Origin: Hormiphora californensis
Lineage: Eukaryota > Animalia > Ctenophora
DNA length: 64,000 bases
NCBI GenBank assembly: GCA_020137815.1
Contig: CM035355.1
Coordinates: 8,060,001-8,124,000 of the forward strand
Direction of reading: 5' to 3'
Each line of letters begins with the position of its first letter. Within the stretch, counting starts at the first letter, position 1. The notes below the pieces were generated by a model. It saw only the letters and a program-made list of their open reading frames with translations. It was not told the origin of the DNA and searched no databases. The position numbers were made by a program, and so were the translations under genes. Below, one piece after another: positions 1 through 14,800 of the stretch.

Positions 1-1677
1 AGAGAGAGAGAGAGAGAGAGATGGGGAAAAGAATATAGATTAATAGAGGAGAAATTGAGAAAAGAAGAGAGAAGAAAGACGAGAGTATATATTTTTCCCC
101 CTCTGGGACCCGAATGACTTACTTTTCGTTATAAAAGACCCAAAGATATAGAGCGGGAAAGGGGACAAAGACATTTCCCCTGTTTTTTGACGAACAAGAT
201 TCTTTACCCCCCCAAGGACGATTATTCTCCGCCCCCCCCCCAACCGGCCCCCCCCCCCAAAGGTCCAAACAACCCCTTTCCAGTAGGTGTGGCTGGTAGT
301 ATAACAGGAGGGGTGACTCATGAGTCACCAATATTAAATCGTGTGTGTGGATCTATTCCAGTGATCTATGGATGGGAGGTGGCCCTTTTCAGGGTTCAAA
401 ACGTATTTAGACAGTTAGCAGTAACACCACTACTCACTAGGTTGGCAAGAAACTAATATTACTAATTTTAGTGAATATATCACTAATTTTAGTGAATATA
501 TCACTAATATTAGTCAAGTCCCTCACACTCCAGTAGAACTTGTTGAGTAAGGGGGAACAAAGTAGAACACAATGATAATGGTAGGGTCGCTATTTGAGAT
601 TTCATTGTGTGAGAATTGTATTGACAATATGAGTGACTATGCTTTGTATTAGAAATCATAATGAGAGAGAGAGGTTAATTGTTGTCACCATTGTGGGGGG
701 ATGAATCAGTCACTATTGTTGACAATCATTTTTTGTGTTGGTGGATACAATCTTGGGTGATAGATAATCTATGGTCCACTTCTTTTATCGTGATAGTTAA
801 TATATCAGAACTGAATTTTCTCTCTCCTTTGCTCATATATATTCCTGGTAACACATACAAACCAAAATACAAGCTTTTTTTCTTGTTGGTAGGGAGTAAA
901 CACGTGACTCTGTGGAGAACCAATCAGATTGCTCTGTTGCTATCACATGACTCTATGGAGAACCAATCAGATTGCTCTATTTCTGTCTCGTGTCCTATTG
1001 GTATCAGCGTACCCAGAGCTGTAGTGTGTCACTAGTGGATCCTTCTCTTTCCCTGCAGTCTCTCTCCCTCTTTTCTAGCCCTATCTCTCAGTGTTCTCAC
1101 TCTCTCTCTCACTCTGTCTCCTCTCTGTGCCTCACTCCCCTTCCCTCTCTTCCTCTAGATCTATCCCTCTCTTTTCTCTCTCTCTCCCCCCTCTCTCTCT
1201 TTACTTTCTCTCTCGCTTGCTCACTGCTCGGACCTGACACAATGGCATGGTATGAGCACATGTGCTATAATAGCCCTCGGACCAATGAGAAAGCTCGCTG
1301 AGAGTCACGTGAGTCAGGGAGCCAATGAGAGTGCTCCATTCTTCCAGGTCTGCCTGTCACGTGACCAGTCAAGTAGATAGAGAGTGGGATCTGGAACCCC
1401 CCTGATATCACCTGATATCACATTCATCAGAACGAAATGAATTACGTAGTTTGGCAATACTACATTTATATTGAATGTTATTGTCCATTTAATGAATTTT
1501 CAACATTGCGGTTCTTGCACCTCTGTGTTAAAAGCCCAAATAAAATAAAATCTGTTTGGAAGTGCAATAAAGAGAAAAGGATTTTGAAAACAAAGTCACA
1601 CACACAGAGTCACAGAACTATATTATTAAGATCCCTGAGGGGAGATCAGGTCACACACAACACTCCCTGAGGCGAGG

Positions 1678-3818
1678 AACATAAAGTGCAATTGGGTTCC
1701 TGGCTCAGGGGTGACTCCTGGGGGGGATCAAGTGTAACATAAAGTGTAATTGGGTTCCTGACTCAGGGGTGACTCCTGGGGGGATCAAGTATAACATAAA
1801 GTGCAATTGGGTTCCTGACTCAGGGGTGACTCCTGGGGGGATCAAGTATAACATAAAGTGCAATTGGGTTCCTGGCTCAGGGGTGACTCCTGGGGGGGAT
1901 CAAGTGTAACATAAAGTGCAATTGGGTTCCTGGCTCAGGGGTGACTCCTGGGGGGATCAAGTGTAACATAAAGTACAATTGGGTTCCTGACTCAGGGGTG
2001 ACTCCTGGGGGGGGGGGGGGGGGATCAAGTGTAACATAAAGCACAATTGGGTTCCTGGCTCAGGGGTGACTCCTGGGGGGATCAAGTGTAACATAAAGTG
2101 CAATTGGGTTCCTGACTCAGGGGTGACTCCTGGGGGGATCAAGTGTAACATAAAGTACAATTGGGTTCCTGACTCAGGGGTGACTCCTGGGGGGATCAAG
2201 TGTAACATAAAGCACAATTGGGTTCCTGACTCAGGGGTGACTCCTGGGGGGATCAAGTGTAACATAAAGTGCAATTGGGTTCCTGACTCAGGGGTGACTC
2301 CTGGGGGGATCAAGTGTAACATAAAGTGCAATTGGGTTCCTGGCTCAGGGGTGACTCCTGGGGGGATCAAGTGTAACATAAAGCACAATTGGGTTCCTGA
2401 CTCAGGGGTGACTCCTGGGGGGGGGGGATCAATTGTGTAACATAAAGTGCAATTGGGTTCCTGACTCAGGGGTGACTCCTGGGGGGGGATCAAGTGTAAC
2501 ATAAAGTGTAATTGGGATCCTGGCTCAGGGGTGACTCCTGGGGGGATCAAGTGTAACATAAAGTACAATTGGGTTCCTGGCTCAGGGGTGACTCCTGGGG
2601 GGATCAAGTGTAACATAAAGTACAATTGGGTTCCTGGCTCAGGGGTGACTCCTGGGGGGATCAAGTGTAACATAAAGTACAATTGGGTTCCTGGCTCAGG
2701 GGTGACTCCTGGGGGGATCAAGTGTAACATAAAGTGCAATTGGGTTCCTGGCTCAGGGGTGACTCCTGGGGGGATCAAGTGTAACATAAAGTACAAGTGG
2801 GTTCCTGACTCAGGGGTGACTCCTGGGGGGATCAAGTGTAACATAAAGTACAATTGGGTTCCTGGCTCAGGGGTGACTCCTGGGGGGATCAAGTGTAACA
2901 TAAAGTACAATTGGGTTCCTGGCTCAGGGGTGACTCCTGGGGGGATCAAGTGTAACATAAAGTACAAGTGGGTTCCTGACTCAGGGGTGACTCCTGGGGG
3001 GATCAAGTGTAACATAAAGTGTAATTGGGATCCTGGCTCAGGGGTGACTCCTGGGGGGATCAAGTGTAACATAAAGCACAATTGGGTTCCTGGCTCAGGG
3101 GTGACTCCTGGGGGGATCAAGTGTAACATAAAGCACAATTGGGTTCCTGACTCAGGGGTGACTCCTGGGGGGGGGGGGATCAAGTGTAACATAAAGTGCA
3201 ATTGGGTTCCTGACTCAGGGGTGACTCCTGGGGGGGGGGATCAAGTGTAACATAAAGCACAATTGGGTTCCTGGCTCAGGGGTGACTCCTGGGGGGGGGG
3301 GATCAAGTGTAACATAAAGTGCAATTGGGTTCCTGACTCAGGGGTGACTCCTGGGGGGGGGGATCAAGTGTAACATAAAGTGCAATTGGGTTCCTGACTC
3401 AGGGGTGACTCCTGGGGGGATCAAGTGTAACATAAAGTACAATTGGGTTCCTGACTCAGGGGTGACTCCTGGGGGGGATCAAGTGTAACATAAAGTAACA
3501 TCAAGTGTACCATAAAGTGCAATTGGGTTCCTGACTCAGGGGTGACTCCTGGGGGGATCAAGTGTAACATAAAGTACAATTGGGTTCCTGACTCAGGGGT
3601 GACTCCTGGGGGGGGGGGGGATCAAGTGTAACAAAAGTGCAATTGGGTTCCTGATTCAGGGGTGACTCCTGGGGGGATCAAGTGTAACATAAAGCACAAT
3701 TGGGTTCCTGACTCAGGGGTGACTCCTGGGGGGATCAAGTGTAACATAAAGTAACATCAAGTGTAACATAAAGTAACATCAAGTGTAACATAAAGTGCAA
3801 TTGGGTTCCTGACTCAGG
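1678..3818. repeat. 57-bp minisatellite, ~37 copies
   Basis: Unit GATCAAGTGTAACATAAAGTGCAATTGGGTTCCTGACTCAGGGGTGACTCCTGGGGG. Confidence 0.95.
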
Positions 3819-4268
3819 ACACACATTATAATCTATCTCATAATCTAAGTATTGCATATAATCTATCAAGTACTGCATCCATAATAGTAAAATGAGTTTG
3901 TAGTTGGTATCGTTTGTAGCATGAGCAGCACAAAGAAATTCAAACGTTACAAATCCAATCAAAATGCAGCTATTGGCTCTCAAAAGACTGCCCTCTCCGA
4001 TCCGTACATTACACAGTCATGTAGTATGAGTCATATGTAAAGCTAAGAACAATCTAACTCATTCAAACATTCAAAATTACTCGAATGTAACATTAAAACA
4101 TTCAAAATGACTCATTCAAACATTCAAAATGACTCATTAAAACATTCAAATGAGGGAGATCTACACAATTCTGAGTACAACAACAATGTTTGAACTGTTA
4201 TACAACAAGAATAGAATGAGCGCTCCCCCGAGCAAGGGGTCCAATGAATGGAGCAACGTGTACCATCC

Positions 4269-4323
<55 letters not shown>

Positions 4324-4394
4324 CTCTCTCTCTCTCTCTCTCTCTCTCGATCCTTTATACGATTTTCAATGAGCACCCACAACAAAGCAGCGGC

Positions 4395-4935
4395 GTACAA
4401 AGGGACGGTGCCCCCAGCCCCCACTAGGACTGACACAATACAGTACAAAGGGACGGTGCCCCCAGCCCCCACTAGGACTGGTACAATACAGTACAAAGGG
4501 ACGGTGCCCCCAGCCCACACTAGGACTGGTACAATACAGTACAAAGGGACGGTGCCCCCAGCCCCCACTTGGACTAGCACAATACAGTACAAAGGGACGG
4601 TGCCCCAGCCCCCACTTGGACTGACACAATACAGTACAAAGGGACGGTGCCCCAGCCCCCACTTGGACTGACACAATACAGTACAAAGGGACGGTGCCCC
4701 CAGCCCCCACTAGGACTGGTACAATACAGTACAAAGGGACGGTGCCCCCAGCCCCCACTAGGACTGGTACAATACAGTACAAAGGGACGGTGCCCCCAGC
4801 CCCCACTTGGACTGGTACAATACAGTACAAAGGGACGGTGCCCCCAGCCCACACTTGGACTGACACAATACAGTACAAAGGGACGGTGCCCCCAGCCCCC
4901 CCCCCCCCCACTTGGACTGGTACAATACAGTACAA
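4395..4935. repeat. 48-bp minisatellite, ~11 copies
   Basis: Unit CAGTACAAAGGGACGGTGCCCCCAGCCCCCACTAGGACTGGTACAATA. Confidence 0.95.
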
Positions 4936-5482
4936 TGGGGCGTCATCCTAGTAGTTCGACACACATATTGTGGTGTTTTGAGCTACTACTAGGTAGGACA
5001 CAAGGGGGTTCAAGATCAATGGATCGGAATCAATTGACATCTTACCAGTATTCGGTCATTGCAGTTATAGTACATAGTATTTGCCCTAGAAAGGAGATTG
5101 TTCAGCTCGCACAACCTGAATTATTGCTGAGATTCCGATACTGAATACTACACACATAGGGTCCTATATATACATTATAGGGTCCTACACTGAATACATA
5201 GACTCTCTTATAGAGAGGATACATATTGGTCTCTCATTGGCACAGCTGAAAGGGTGAATTTTAGATTTGAGTGTTTTTAAGACAATATTCCATGATGATG
5301 GGGGAATGGAGCCGCATTTTTTGTGATTTCAAACTGTCTCTCTTGCAGGAACCAATCAGAACTCGTTATTTAGGTCATGTGACTGGTTATCAGCCAATCA
5401 GGGACCAGTATTTCCTGATTCGGTCGGTTCCTGCAGTCTTGATTGTTTAAGCAGCGTGTCCTCATTTCCCCCGCCATCTCTC

Positions 5483-8400
5483 TCAATAAGGCCTCCCGTC
5501 TCCCTGATCAAGTGACCTCCCCACCCCTCCTCCTCCTCCTCGTGACAGTGCTATCTCACTGTTACACCGCCTAAATACCGGACTCCCTGTGACATCCGAT
5601 GCTGACCTGGTTCTCCCGTGACTACCGGATCCTGCACTAACATTAGAAACAGACCGGAGTTTTTGTAGGGAATCTCCCGCCCTGGAACTCGCTTGGTCCT
5701 CTATATAACTCTCAGCCGCATAAACCAGGGACTGGAATGTATTGAGTGCTAGTGTTCCAATGTTGTGGACTAGTGTTGTCTCATGTTCATAACTCTTTAG
5801 TGGGAAGATTGAGTTGCGGGGGAGGGAGAAGAGGAGCGCAGCGGTGTCAACTAGGTCTGTTATTGTTCGGGATCTGAAGGTGTTGGAGAGGTGGATAGCA
5901 ACGTGTTTACAGGCCAGATCACACTTTGTTAGGACCAGCTGGAGTGGGATATCTGAAAAAGGGAGAGGTTTGGAAGTTTGTACTAGTTGCAGGGGGATAT
6001 CTGAAAAAGGGAGAGGTTTGGATGTTAACTTCTGCTAGGTCATACTCAGTGTCAGGCTACTCAACTACTAGATACTGATTAATACCGAATCTTTTGACGC
6101 GCACAATGCTCTCCTAGGATTCCCTATAGTATCTCACCTCTAAATTCAAGAATACCTCTTTCTTACCTCGTGCCACTATTTGTTCCTTTAGCTCCAATAA
6201 TCGATTGTGTTTATCAGATCCGTGTTTAGGTAGTTTGGTAGCATCCAACACCATGGCAACACAGTGCATCTCATCCTTTATCGAGGTATCAGAGTTGAAT
6301 CCGGGGGATCGGTTAGTTATCAAACTACCACTGGTCAGGGTAAACCTGAAATTGGGAAGTCTAGTTAAAAATGTTAACGAACGCATTAGCTACTTGCCTT
6401 CCTTGACCCGGCCAAGTTAACGAGCCTTGCCTTGCTCGATCGTTTCTCACCCTTTTTGGAAAATAAAAAGGGTTTGAACAAAACAATATTACCTATCTGA
6501 AAGGTGTCCATCAAGAATGTAGACCAGGTCAGTTGAAGAGATATCAGTACAACTGGGGGTATCACACACCCTCACTCCCATGCTGGACTTGGAGCGGGAG
6601 TAGGTCCGGGAGGGGAGAACACTGTAACGTCTGAACTGCAGAGAAATACACAAGGTGTGTTATAACACAATCAACAACTAATTAACTAATTTACAACTAA
6701 TTAACTAATTAATACCTGTTTAGTGGTGGGTGTAGTTCCGTCCCCGCATCTTGCACGTGTTGTCACGTGACCTTTAAACGTGCTTTCAAACGTGTTGAAC
6801 AAGCTACTCTTACCAGACCCTATAAAATAACACAGGGGGTTTTAGTACAGGCTACTCTTTATACCAGAACCTAAATTGGGAGTTTTATTATACCTTTGTA
6901 CTTCTTGTTTCAGTTTTGTTAGCTTTTGAAAAACACGTTTCAACTCCTTTTTTCACCACCATGTTTTGCGATTATATAAGTTCGAAATACTCAGAAACCG
7001 CCCCCCCCCCCCCTGGTACGTGCTTGTTTGCCTGCAGTTTCGATTACTCGCTATCATAGTATTGCTAGTTTCGATCAGTATTATAATACCTAGCTACCAA
7101 CACCGCAGTTGGTCCAATGCAGGCATCATGCCATTATACCATATGGCGCGGTACTGCTGCAACCGTGTGTTATCGAGGGAATGAGAGGGGGGGAGAGAGA
7201 GGGGAGGGAGAGACTATTGGGATAGAGCGATCGGAGGGAGTGAGAAATATGTGCTTCTGATCTAATTCTGACCCTTTCTATCATACTGCTTATCGGACCC
7301 AGTCATTAACTTCCGAATTACAATTCTATCTAGAACATTACTAAAACTATGTAATTTAAATATTAAAATAAAATAATTAAAATAAATTTAATATCCCGAT
7401 CTATTTCTCACCCGTCGGTCCAAGAAGGAGGATGTTTATGTGTTCTGGCTGCTGTTCAAATGAGAAATCGGGTACTTGGTAGTTGGTGAAGAAACTTATC
7501 AGCTTCATTAACGACGTACTGAGGGGGGGGGGGGAGAGAGAGAGAGCGTGGGTAAAAGTTTAAAAAGATGTCATTGCAGCAAGTCACCTGCCAGCGACCT
7601 CTCTCTACTGATAATAGTAGTAGCAGATAAAAGTTGGAAAGTATCCATGCTGCTATCAGTTATTCAGGAATTTAATAATTTATGCAACATGTGCCATTCA
7701 ACACAAAAGTAATGCATTGACACGTGTTGGGCCACAAATATCAAACGACAGAAGTAATTCCATATGTTTTGAGAACTAAATCAGATTCAGCCAATCAGAT
7801 TCAGCCAATCAGATTCAGCCGATCAGATTCAACCAATCAGATCACCTAGCATCTAACCTGTTGTTGAACAAGACCTCTCTCCAGGGACGTTCTAGTATGG
7901 CTGGAAACCTCTGTGAGGCATCGAATACCTCTACGTCATGTAGTTCGAGGGCACCATCCTCCACCCCTCCAGTTAGTTCTGCAATACTACCACCCTCAAA
8001 TACACCAGTACCTGGATACACCTGGATGGGGGGGGGGTAATGTGGTGGAATGGGTTTAGGTGGTTAACGAGCACGCCCCGTTTCGGGAATAAAAATGGGG
8101 TCTGGCGCCGCCAGACAGAAAGCCTCTCAACTACTCTGACTAGACTCACCCATGGCAACCTGGATCTCAAGTCTACTCACACTCACCCAGCACCCTAGCT
8201 CTTATTGAGAAACTCACCGGCCTGGCAGACTTGGCCACTCACCCAGCAACCTAGCTCTCAATTCCTAAATTCCACTCCCACTCACCAGACACATGACTTA
8301 CCCTGGCAGATTTTGCTCCGTACACCTTACAGAAGAGTCTCAGTGTGGGTTTCTCTAGGGTTCCAAAGAAGGGCCCCAGGTCAGGGTCATCTCGGATATG

Positions 8401-11400
8401 GTGGACCGTATCTTCCTGTACTGCTGATATCTGTAGCAATTAGTTGGTATTGTTGGTAGTAGGAGAAAGGAAACGGATATCCAACACAAATAGTACTAGT
8501 AGCTGCTATTTCCCCTCATCTGTCTCACTTTAGTTCGGTGCAACATCTCCTACCTTCGCATACGATGAGTACACAGGGGACTATACCCAACCTACCTTCA
8601 AGTCAGGGGCCTGGTGATCTTTTATCCGGAAAAAGAAGGCCTTAGGGTCTGAGACGGAGTAGCCTCTACTAAACCATCCAGCACCCGTGTAGCAACCGAA
8701 ACAGAGCTGAAATATGATTCGGTACAGTCACTGGTACCGGTATAACAGTGGAATAGTACAGCTGGGTATTATAGATGAATTTGAAACATTTGTGGATACA
8801 AGATATCCGTCTTAAAAAGGTGAGGAAGGAATCACAGAGCCCAATTTACAGAGAAATCATGGCCAAAACATCGGATCCAGGATTACAAATGATTAATTAG
8901 GATCTTGTCTCCTATAACACTCATCTATAAATCTCTCCTTACTCAACATATTATAACACATGGATCAGGGAACTATACACAATACACATCTATGAAGTAC
9001 CCCTGAAGTGAGTGTTACTATGGTAACCGAGGGGCCTCTCTTGTCACACAGGGAGTGAAACACCACCGGGTCATAGCCGTGAATTGAGGCCCTAAAAGGA
9101 AGGAATGTATGAACACAATGAATTGACAGGGAGAGACATTTAGATTTTAGAGATGAATAGTCAAAGAAATCAGGAGAGACATTTAGTGGTAAAGTCAAGA
9201 GACATTTAGAGATGGTGGGTTGATGAGAGAAGAATGAAAGTAAAACCTGGAATTTCTAAGATTTGACGTACTGGAATATGGGAGTAAGAATGAGCCGTTT
9301 ATCACCGATCAGTTTCCGTATTTTCCGTTCATCTAGAGGGCTCAGTGTCGTGTTGCTTCCAGTCGGGGGCTGGGCCTGGGACAACCCGTATTATATTAGT
9401 CATGGTGGTTGTGATTCATGAAGGGGGCTGGGCCTGGGACAACCCGTATTATATTAGTCATGGTGGTTGTGATTCATGAAGGGGGCTGAGCCTGGGACAA
9501 CCCGTATTATATTAGTCATGGTGGTTGTGATTCATGAAGGGGGCTGGGCCTGGGACAACCCGTATTATATTAGTCATGGTGGTTGTGATTCATGCAGGGG
9601 GCTGAGCCTGGGACAACCCGTATTATATTAGTCATGGTGGTTGTGATTCATGAAGGGGGCTGGGCCTGGGACAACCCGTATTATATTAGTCATGGTGGTT
9701 GTGATTCATGAAGGGGGCTGGGCCTGGGACAACCCGTATTATATTAGTCATGGTGGTTGTGATTCCAGTAGGGGGCTGGGCCTGGGACAACCCGTATTAT
9801 ATTAGTCATGGTGGTTGTGATTCATGAAGGGGGCTGGGCCTGGGACAACCCGTATTATATTAGTCATGGTGGTTGTGATTCATGTAGGGGGCTGGGCCTG
9901 GGACAACCCGTATTATATTAGTCATGGTGGTTGTGATTCATGAAGGGGGCTGGGCCTGGGACAACCCGTATTATATTAGTCATGGTGGTTGTGATTCATG
10001 TAGGGGGCTGGGCCTGGGACAACCCGTATTATATTAGTCATGGTGGTTGTGATTCATGAAGGGGGCTGGGCCTGGGACAACCCGTATTATATTAGTCATG
10101 GTGGTTGTGATTCATGAAGGGGGCTGGGCCTGGGACAACCCGTATTATATTAGTCATGGTGGTTGTGATTCATGAAGGGGGCTGAGCCTGGGACAACCCG
10201 TATTATATTAGTCATGGTGGCTGTGATTCATGAGCTGTCTGGCGCCGCCGACCCCATCTGAGCGCACTGTCAAATTGGGGTATGGGCGCCGCCATGATAC
10301 AGTTTATGGGTGACTTGTTTCGGTAAATTGGGGTCAAATTAAGAGGCATCGTTTTCAAAATCGAAAATTTACTATCAGTTTAATTTGAAACATAATCTAC
10401 GACAAATTTTTCAAGAAACACTGTCCCTAATTTTTTCCCTGCCCGGGTGGATGCCCGAAGGGCATCCACCCGGATGATCGTTTTAGCACGTGTGCTAAAA
10501 AGATCATAAAGGGTTTAGAAATCTCGGATTTGAAATAGTAACTCGAGCGTGGTCAAAATCGCGTGTGTCACGGTAGCAGCATAGTAACTGCTCCTTCATA
10601 AAATCAAATAACTGTTTTGATGAAATATGATGTCAGGACGCTTATTTTTCAAAGCTGTGCGCGGCGCTCACAACACTGTTGCTGAAGGGGTGAGGGTAGA
10701 GTAAAACAGCTGTGTAACTGCATACATACAGGACGCATGCATCTCATATTGTGACCAAGCCTTTATATTGTGATAGTGTGATACTGATCCTGTCGACGGA
10801 GGGCAGGGAAACACCGCATTATGAATACATAATGCAATAATTCTTGTTACAGTTCTCTTCTTCATGCAGTAAATCTACTATACAAGTCCCTCCTGATCCT
10901 CTCTCACCAGATGTTGCCATGGACACTCCGATCCTAGCAACTGGGATAGCCACGTTGCCATAGCAACTTAGAATTCAGAGCAAGGTTTATCCCCTGCCCT
11001 CCAACAGGCATTCGTCCCTAAATTCAAACCTTCCAATTGATACATATAACACTGGCAATTCTCGCACTTGCCAGGGTGCTTCCTGTCTCCCTCTATCAGG
11101 ATCGTTACCGGGGTGAGTTTTTCAGCTGATACCTCCGTGGTGAACAGTTTGAGGGATCCATCCTCCTGTTCCACACACTGGTGAATGAAACATCCAAACT
11201 CGACAATGGTCCCCTTGGCAATCTTCGTTCCTGTTGATGTCTCACAGTATGTCTGTACAGCAGGGGCAGCTACCACCACCGCAGCTGGGGTGTCATCCTC
11301 ATCAGCAGTGACCACCGCTGGGGTGTCAGCATCATCTGCAGCGGGTGCGGCAACCACTACTTTAATAGCGTCATCAGCAGCTACATCTGCAGTAGTGGTA

Positions 11401-11779
11401 TCGACAGCAGCATTGTTGTTGTTCTTTCTCCTCCTGTTCTTCCTCCTGCCAGCTTCTGCAATATTCGTACAGAGGGCAATGGCAATCAACAACACAACGA
11501 GAACTCTCATAATGTGATAGTGCAAGGACAGGACGTGTCTAATATTTGTGGGGAGTGAGGAAGTGAGTCAAATTTCACTGCGTCCCCCGGATTATTAGTA
11601 CGACATGGGGAGATGTGGTTTTAGAGAGAGAGCTCTAATATTAGAACACCTGGGACTAAGAGCGATCTGGTTGATCGTATAGTGGTCACACAACTCAGTT
11701 TATTATCCGTTATTAGATAATAATAATGGAGAAAAGTAGAGATAGAAAATGAACATGCTCCAGCTGCCTCTCTCTATCT

Positions 11780-11823
<44 letters not shown>

Positions 11824-14800
11824 CAACTTTGATCTACTACGTTTTATTATTTTATCACCATAGCTCAATGACAGATCCCTTTCCTCCTCTCCCTAACAAT
11901 CACACAGACACACCCGATCTAATAGACACACCTCTTCAAGCGGGCCACGTACTGTCTGACAATCATATCTGAGCCAAATAAATTGGGGTCTGCAGCACCA
12001 CCTATCTCATATCTGAGTGAATTAGCTGCCCGGTGTGGCTGACAGACTAGGAACATGTCTGTGCCCATGGTGATATTAAACTCTGGTCAGAGTAAACTGC
12101 ACGTGCAAGGCCTGATCCACTACCACATTTCGAGATTTTATCCCACCAAGGCTCCAAGATTTTACCACCACTAGGATTCTGACATGGAACGGGCCACCAA
12201 GATCTTCAACTTTTTCCTGAACGACAATGACAAGGACACCAAGAAATATCCTTCAAAGGAGGAGCTGGCTGGTAGATTCGCTAAACGGTTCGAGGAGTCC
12301 CGGAGAAAGGGGAAGAAGGCATCTGGAGCACCACCTAAACTAACAAAACAACAATCAAAACGTGTTCAAAAGAGGAGGGTTAGGGCATCACGATCTACCG
12401 CCCCGATACAGAAGGATGGTGCTTCTGATTCAACAACACTATCTAGTGTTGAAACAAGCAAGGACTACTACAACGTCCCACACTACTCTACAGTGCAGAG
12501 ATACTCACTAAAGACCAACACTAACAAGGCAACTGTAACTCTTATTAAAGTCAAGGAGTGGAGCGGGATGGACAAGTTTAACAACTCTAATACTGCACCG
12601 GCCCTTGCACAACAAGCACCACCACCTTCTTTGTTGGAATAAACCCTTGGTCCAAGGGCCTTGGTTGGTACTCCACCACTGCACCAGATAACAGTAATTG
12701 CAAGGGAAGATATATAGCCCTCACCATGCGTCCTGTATCCAATACTCTCTATCTCTTGGAGGCTGTTTAGTAACGGGATCGTCCCCAGAAGGGTAGAAGG
12801 CTTCATGAAGTAAGTCCCATGACTAATGCACCTTCACCACCCATGACCTTATTCTACCAATATTCTATCAACAGGATTGAAACCCCCCACTCCCTCTTCA
12901 ACTTCTTCCCCCAGCCCTCATTCCCCCTCCTCTTCAACGTGGATCGCTGATTGTCCAGTTAATATTATTTGATTTTACATTAAATAACAAGTGTTCTAAT
13001 ATACTGTGTCACACACACATTGTCGCTATTAAAGAATGTCCCCCCCCCCCCCCCAAGATGCTGATAAGAGCTGCTGGGAACTGAGAAAGGGAAGTGCACG
13101 TGAGGCATGTGCTATCGACACATGGGTCTCTGCCAGCAAACTGACACAAGTACCAAGTTCGAAGCCAAAATAAGAGCCATATGGAACATCTCAAAATGTG
13201 CTGTACTAAAAAACATACATGTTTAAGCCTGTGAGCAGGCTTCTTCCTGGAGTGTCCGATAGTGTTTTTAAAAAGAAGATCCAAACTTATCTGATCTCTC
13301 TCTTCCGTAGTAGCAGGACTCGTCTTGTCTGTCATAGAGCAAGTCCCTTGTACGGAACCTTCATTTTCCAATGTACTACACATAACACATCAAGCAATTC
13401 TAGAAGCTCGTGTTGTTTGATGTTAGCAGTCCCCCCAAATTATAACCGTTGCTTGCTGTCAGATAACAGCTGGAGAGAGAGGGGGGGGCTGGGGAGTGGA
13501 GTGAGAGAGGGCTGGAGAGAGGTGGGCTGCGAGAGAATGGGGGTAGGGGGAGGTATGATGTGGTCATGGTAGTTACTAAATATCGATTCTCTCTCCCCTC
13601 TATCTTCTTTCCTCTATCTCTCTTCGCTCTATCTCCAGCTTCCCTTTGTTATTAACCGACTGCACAAAACATGACACAATGCCTTCAAAATCTCAATCAG
13701 CCTCTTACCATCTGACTCCTAGCTTTGAAACCTAATACGCTTGCTGCAAAAAACATGCTGCAACCTATCCCCATGATACACGCTGTATATAATCTGCCTC
13801 CCCCTCCACATGCAGTCAACTACAGTATAGTCACCTCACTGGACTTTGTGAGGTCAAGATTTGCAGGTGTAACTCACCACCACACACCAGTCACCACCAC
13901 TACAAAAACTAAGTACATTACATCCCTATAATTATACTAGTAACTGTACTAGCTGTACTAGCTGTACTAGCTGTACTAGCTGTACTAGCTGTACTAGCTG
14001 TACTAGCTGTACTACTACTAGAACATTACTGACCTGAACATGTGTAGAGGTTGACATGTGACTCTCTGACGTCACAGAAGGAGCTCTGGTCGGATTAGAT
14101 ACCACAATATCAGGCTGGCAGTGGAGTGGGGGAACGGTAGCAGACCTGCCCAGTTTGTGTAGTGTGGGGGTTGACGTACTCTTCCAGTGTCTACCACCCT
14201 CAGAGGAGGAGCCCTTAGCTAGCCACTCCTGAACCTGCAGACAGACAATGGGTGAAGCTGAATACTATAGGTCCCCGACCTCGCTTCGCTCGCAGGCTCT
14301 TCTGAGATTGAATTTTATGAAACTTATAGATATAAAGCCTCTATGCAAGTGAAACAGAGGCCCAAATGAATGAGAATATGACACAACAAGGAGGAGTAGA
14401 GAAATAAAAAGTACACTCACGTATGGGAGGTATCTGGAGGGGTCGAGGTTAGCAAGATCCACACTCAACCTTTTGGAGTGCTCACTCAGCTTTACACTCC
14501 CATCCCGTGTACTGAATGCAGCGAACTGGAGGGGGTCCTGCGAGAGATAAAGTTTATCAAGTATCGAGTAAGGGTAAGCTCATCATATCTGAAAGAAAAA
14601 CGAACTGCACACTCGACTCCCTGCCCCAGCAGGCGTGACAACAGTGGCAACAGTGACCCCAGTTAAGTTGTCGAGTAATCAAACACTTAAATTGGTTAGG
14701 ATTCCTCAAAATCAAATATCAAAAAACAAACCTTGTTTCCAGTATTGCGGCCCAAGTTAGGGGAAAGTGGTGTTTCCAGTGAGGTCCGTCTGAAGTCTCC

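Noticed and set aside
1-1040. Possible exons or short ORFs at the window start
   Set aside because: No recognisable homology or consistent splice phases; the first ~330 bp look homopolymer-noisy.
1957-3250. Long repetitive ORFs (414 aa, 239 aa) and a CRISPR-like appearance
   Set aside because: Products of a 57-bp (3n) minisatellite; no unique spacers and no cas genes.
4150-5144. Overlapping ORFs in several frames
   Set aside because: Derived from (TC)n and the 48-bp minisatellite.
10443-10473. Perfect hairpin CCGGGTGGATGCCCGAAGGGCATCCACCCGG as a terminator
   Set aside because: Eukaryotic context; more likely the end hairpin of a rolling-circle element fragment.
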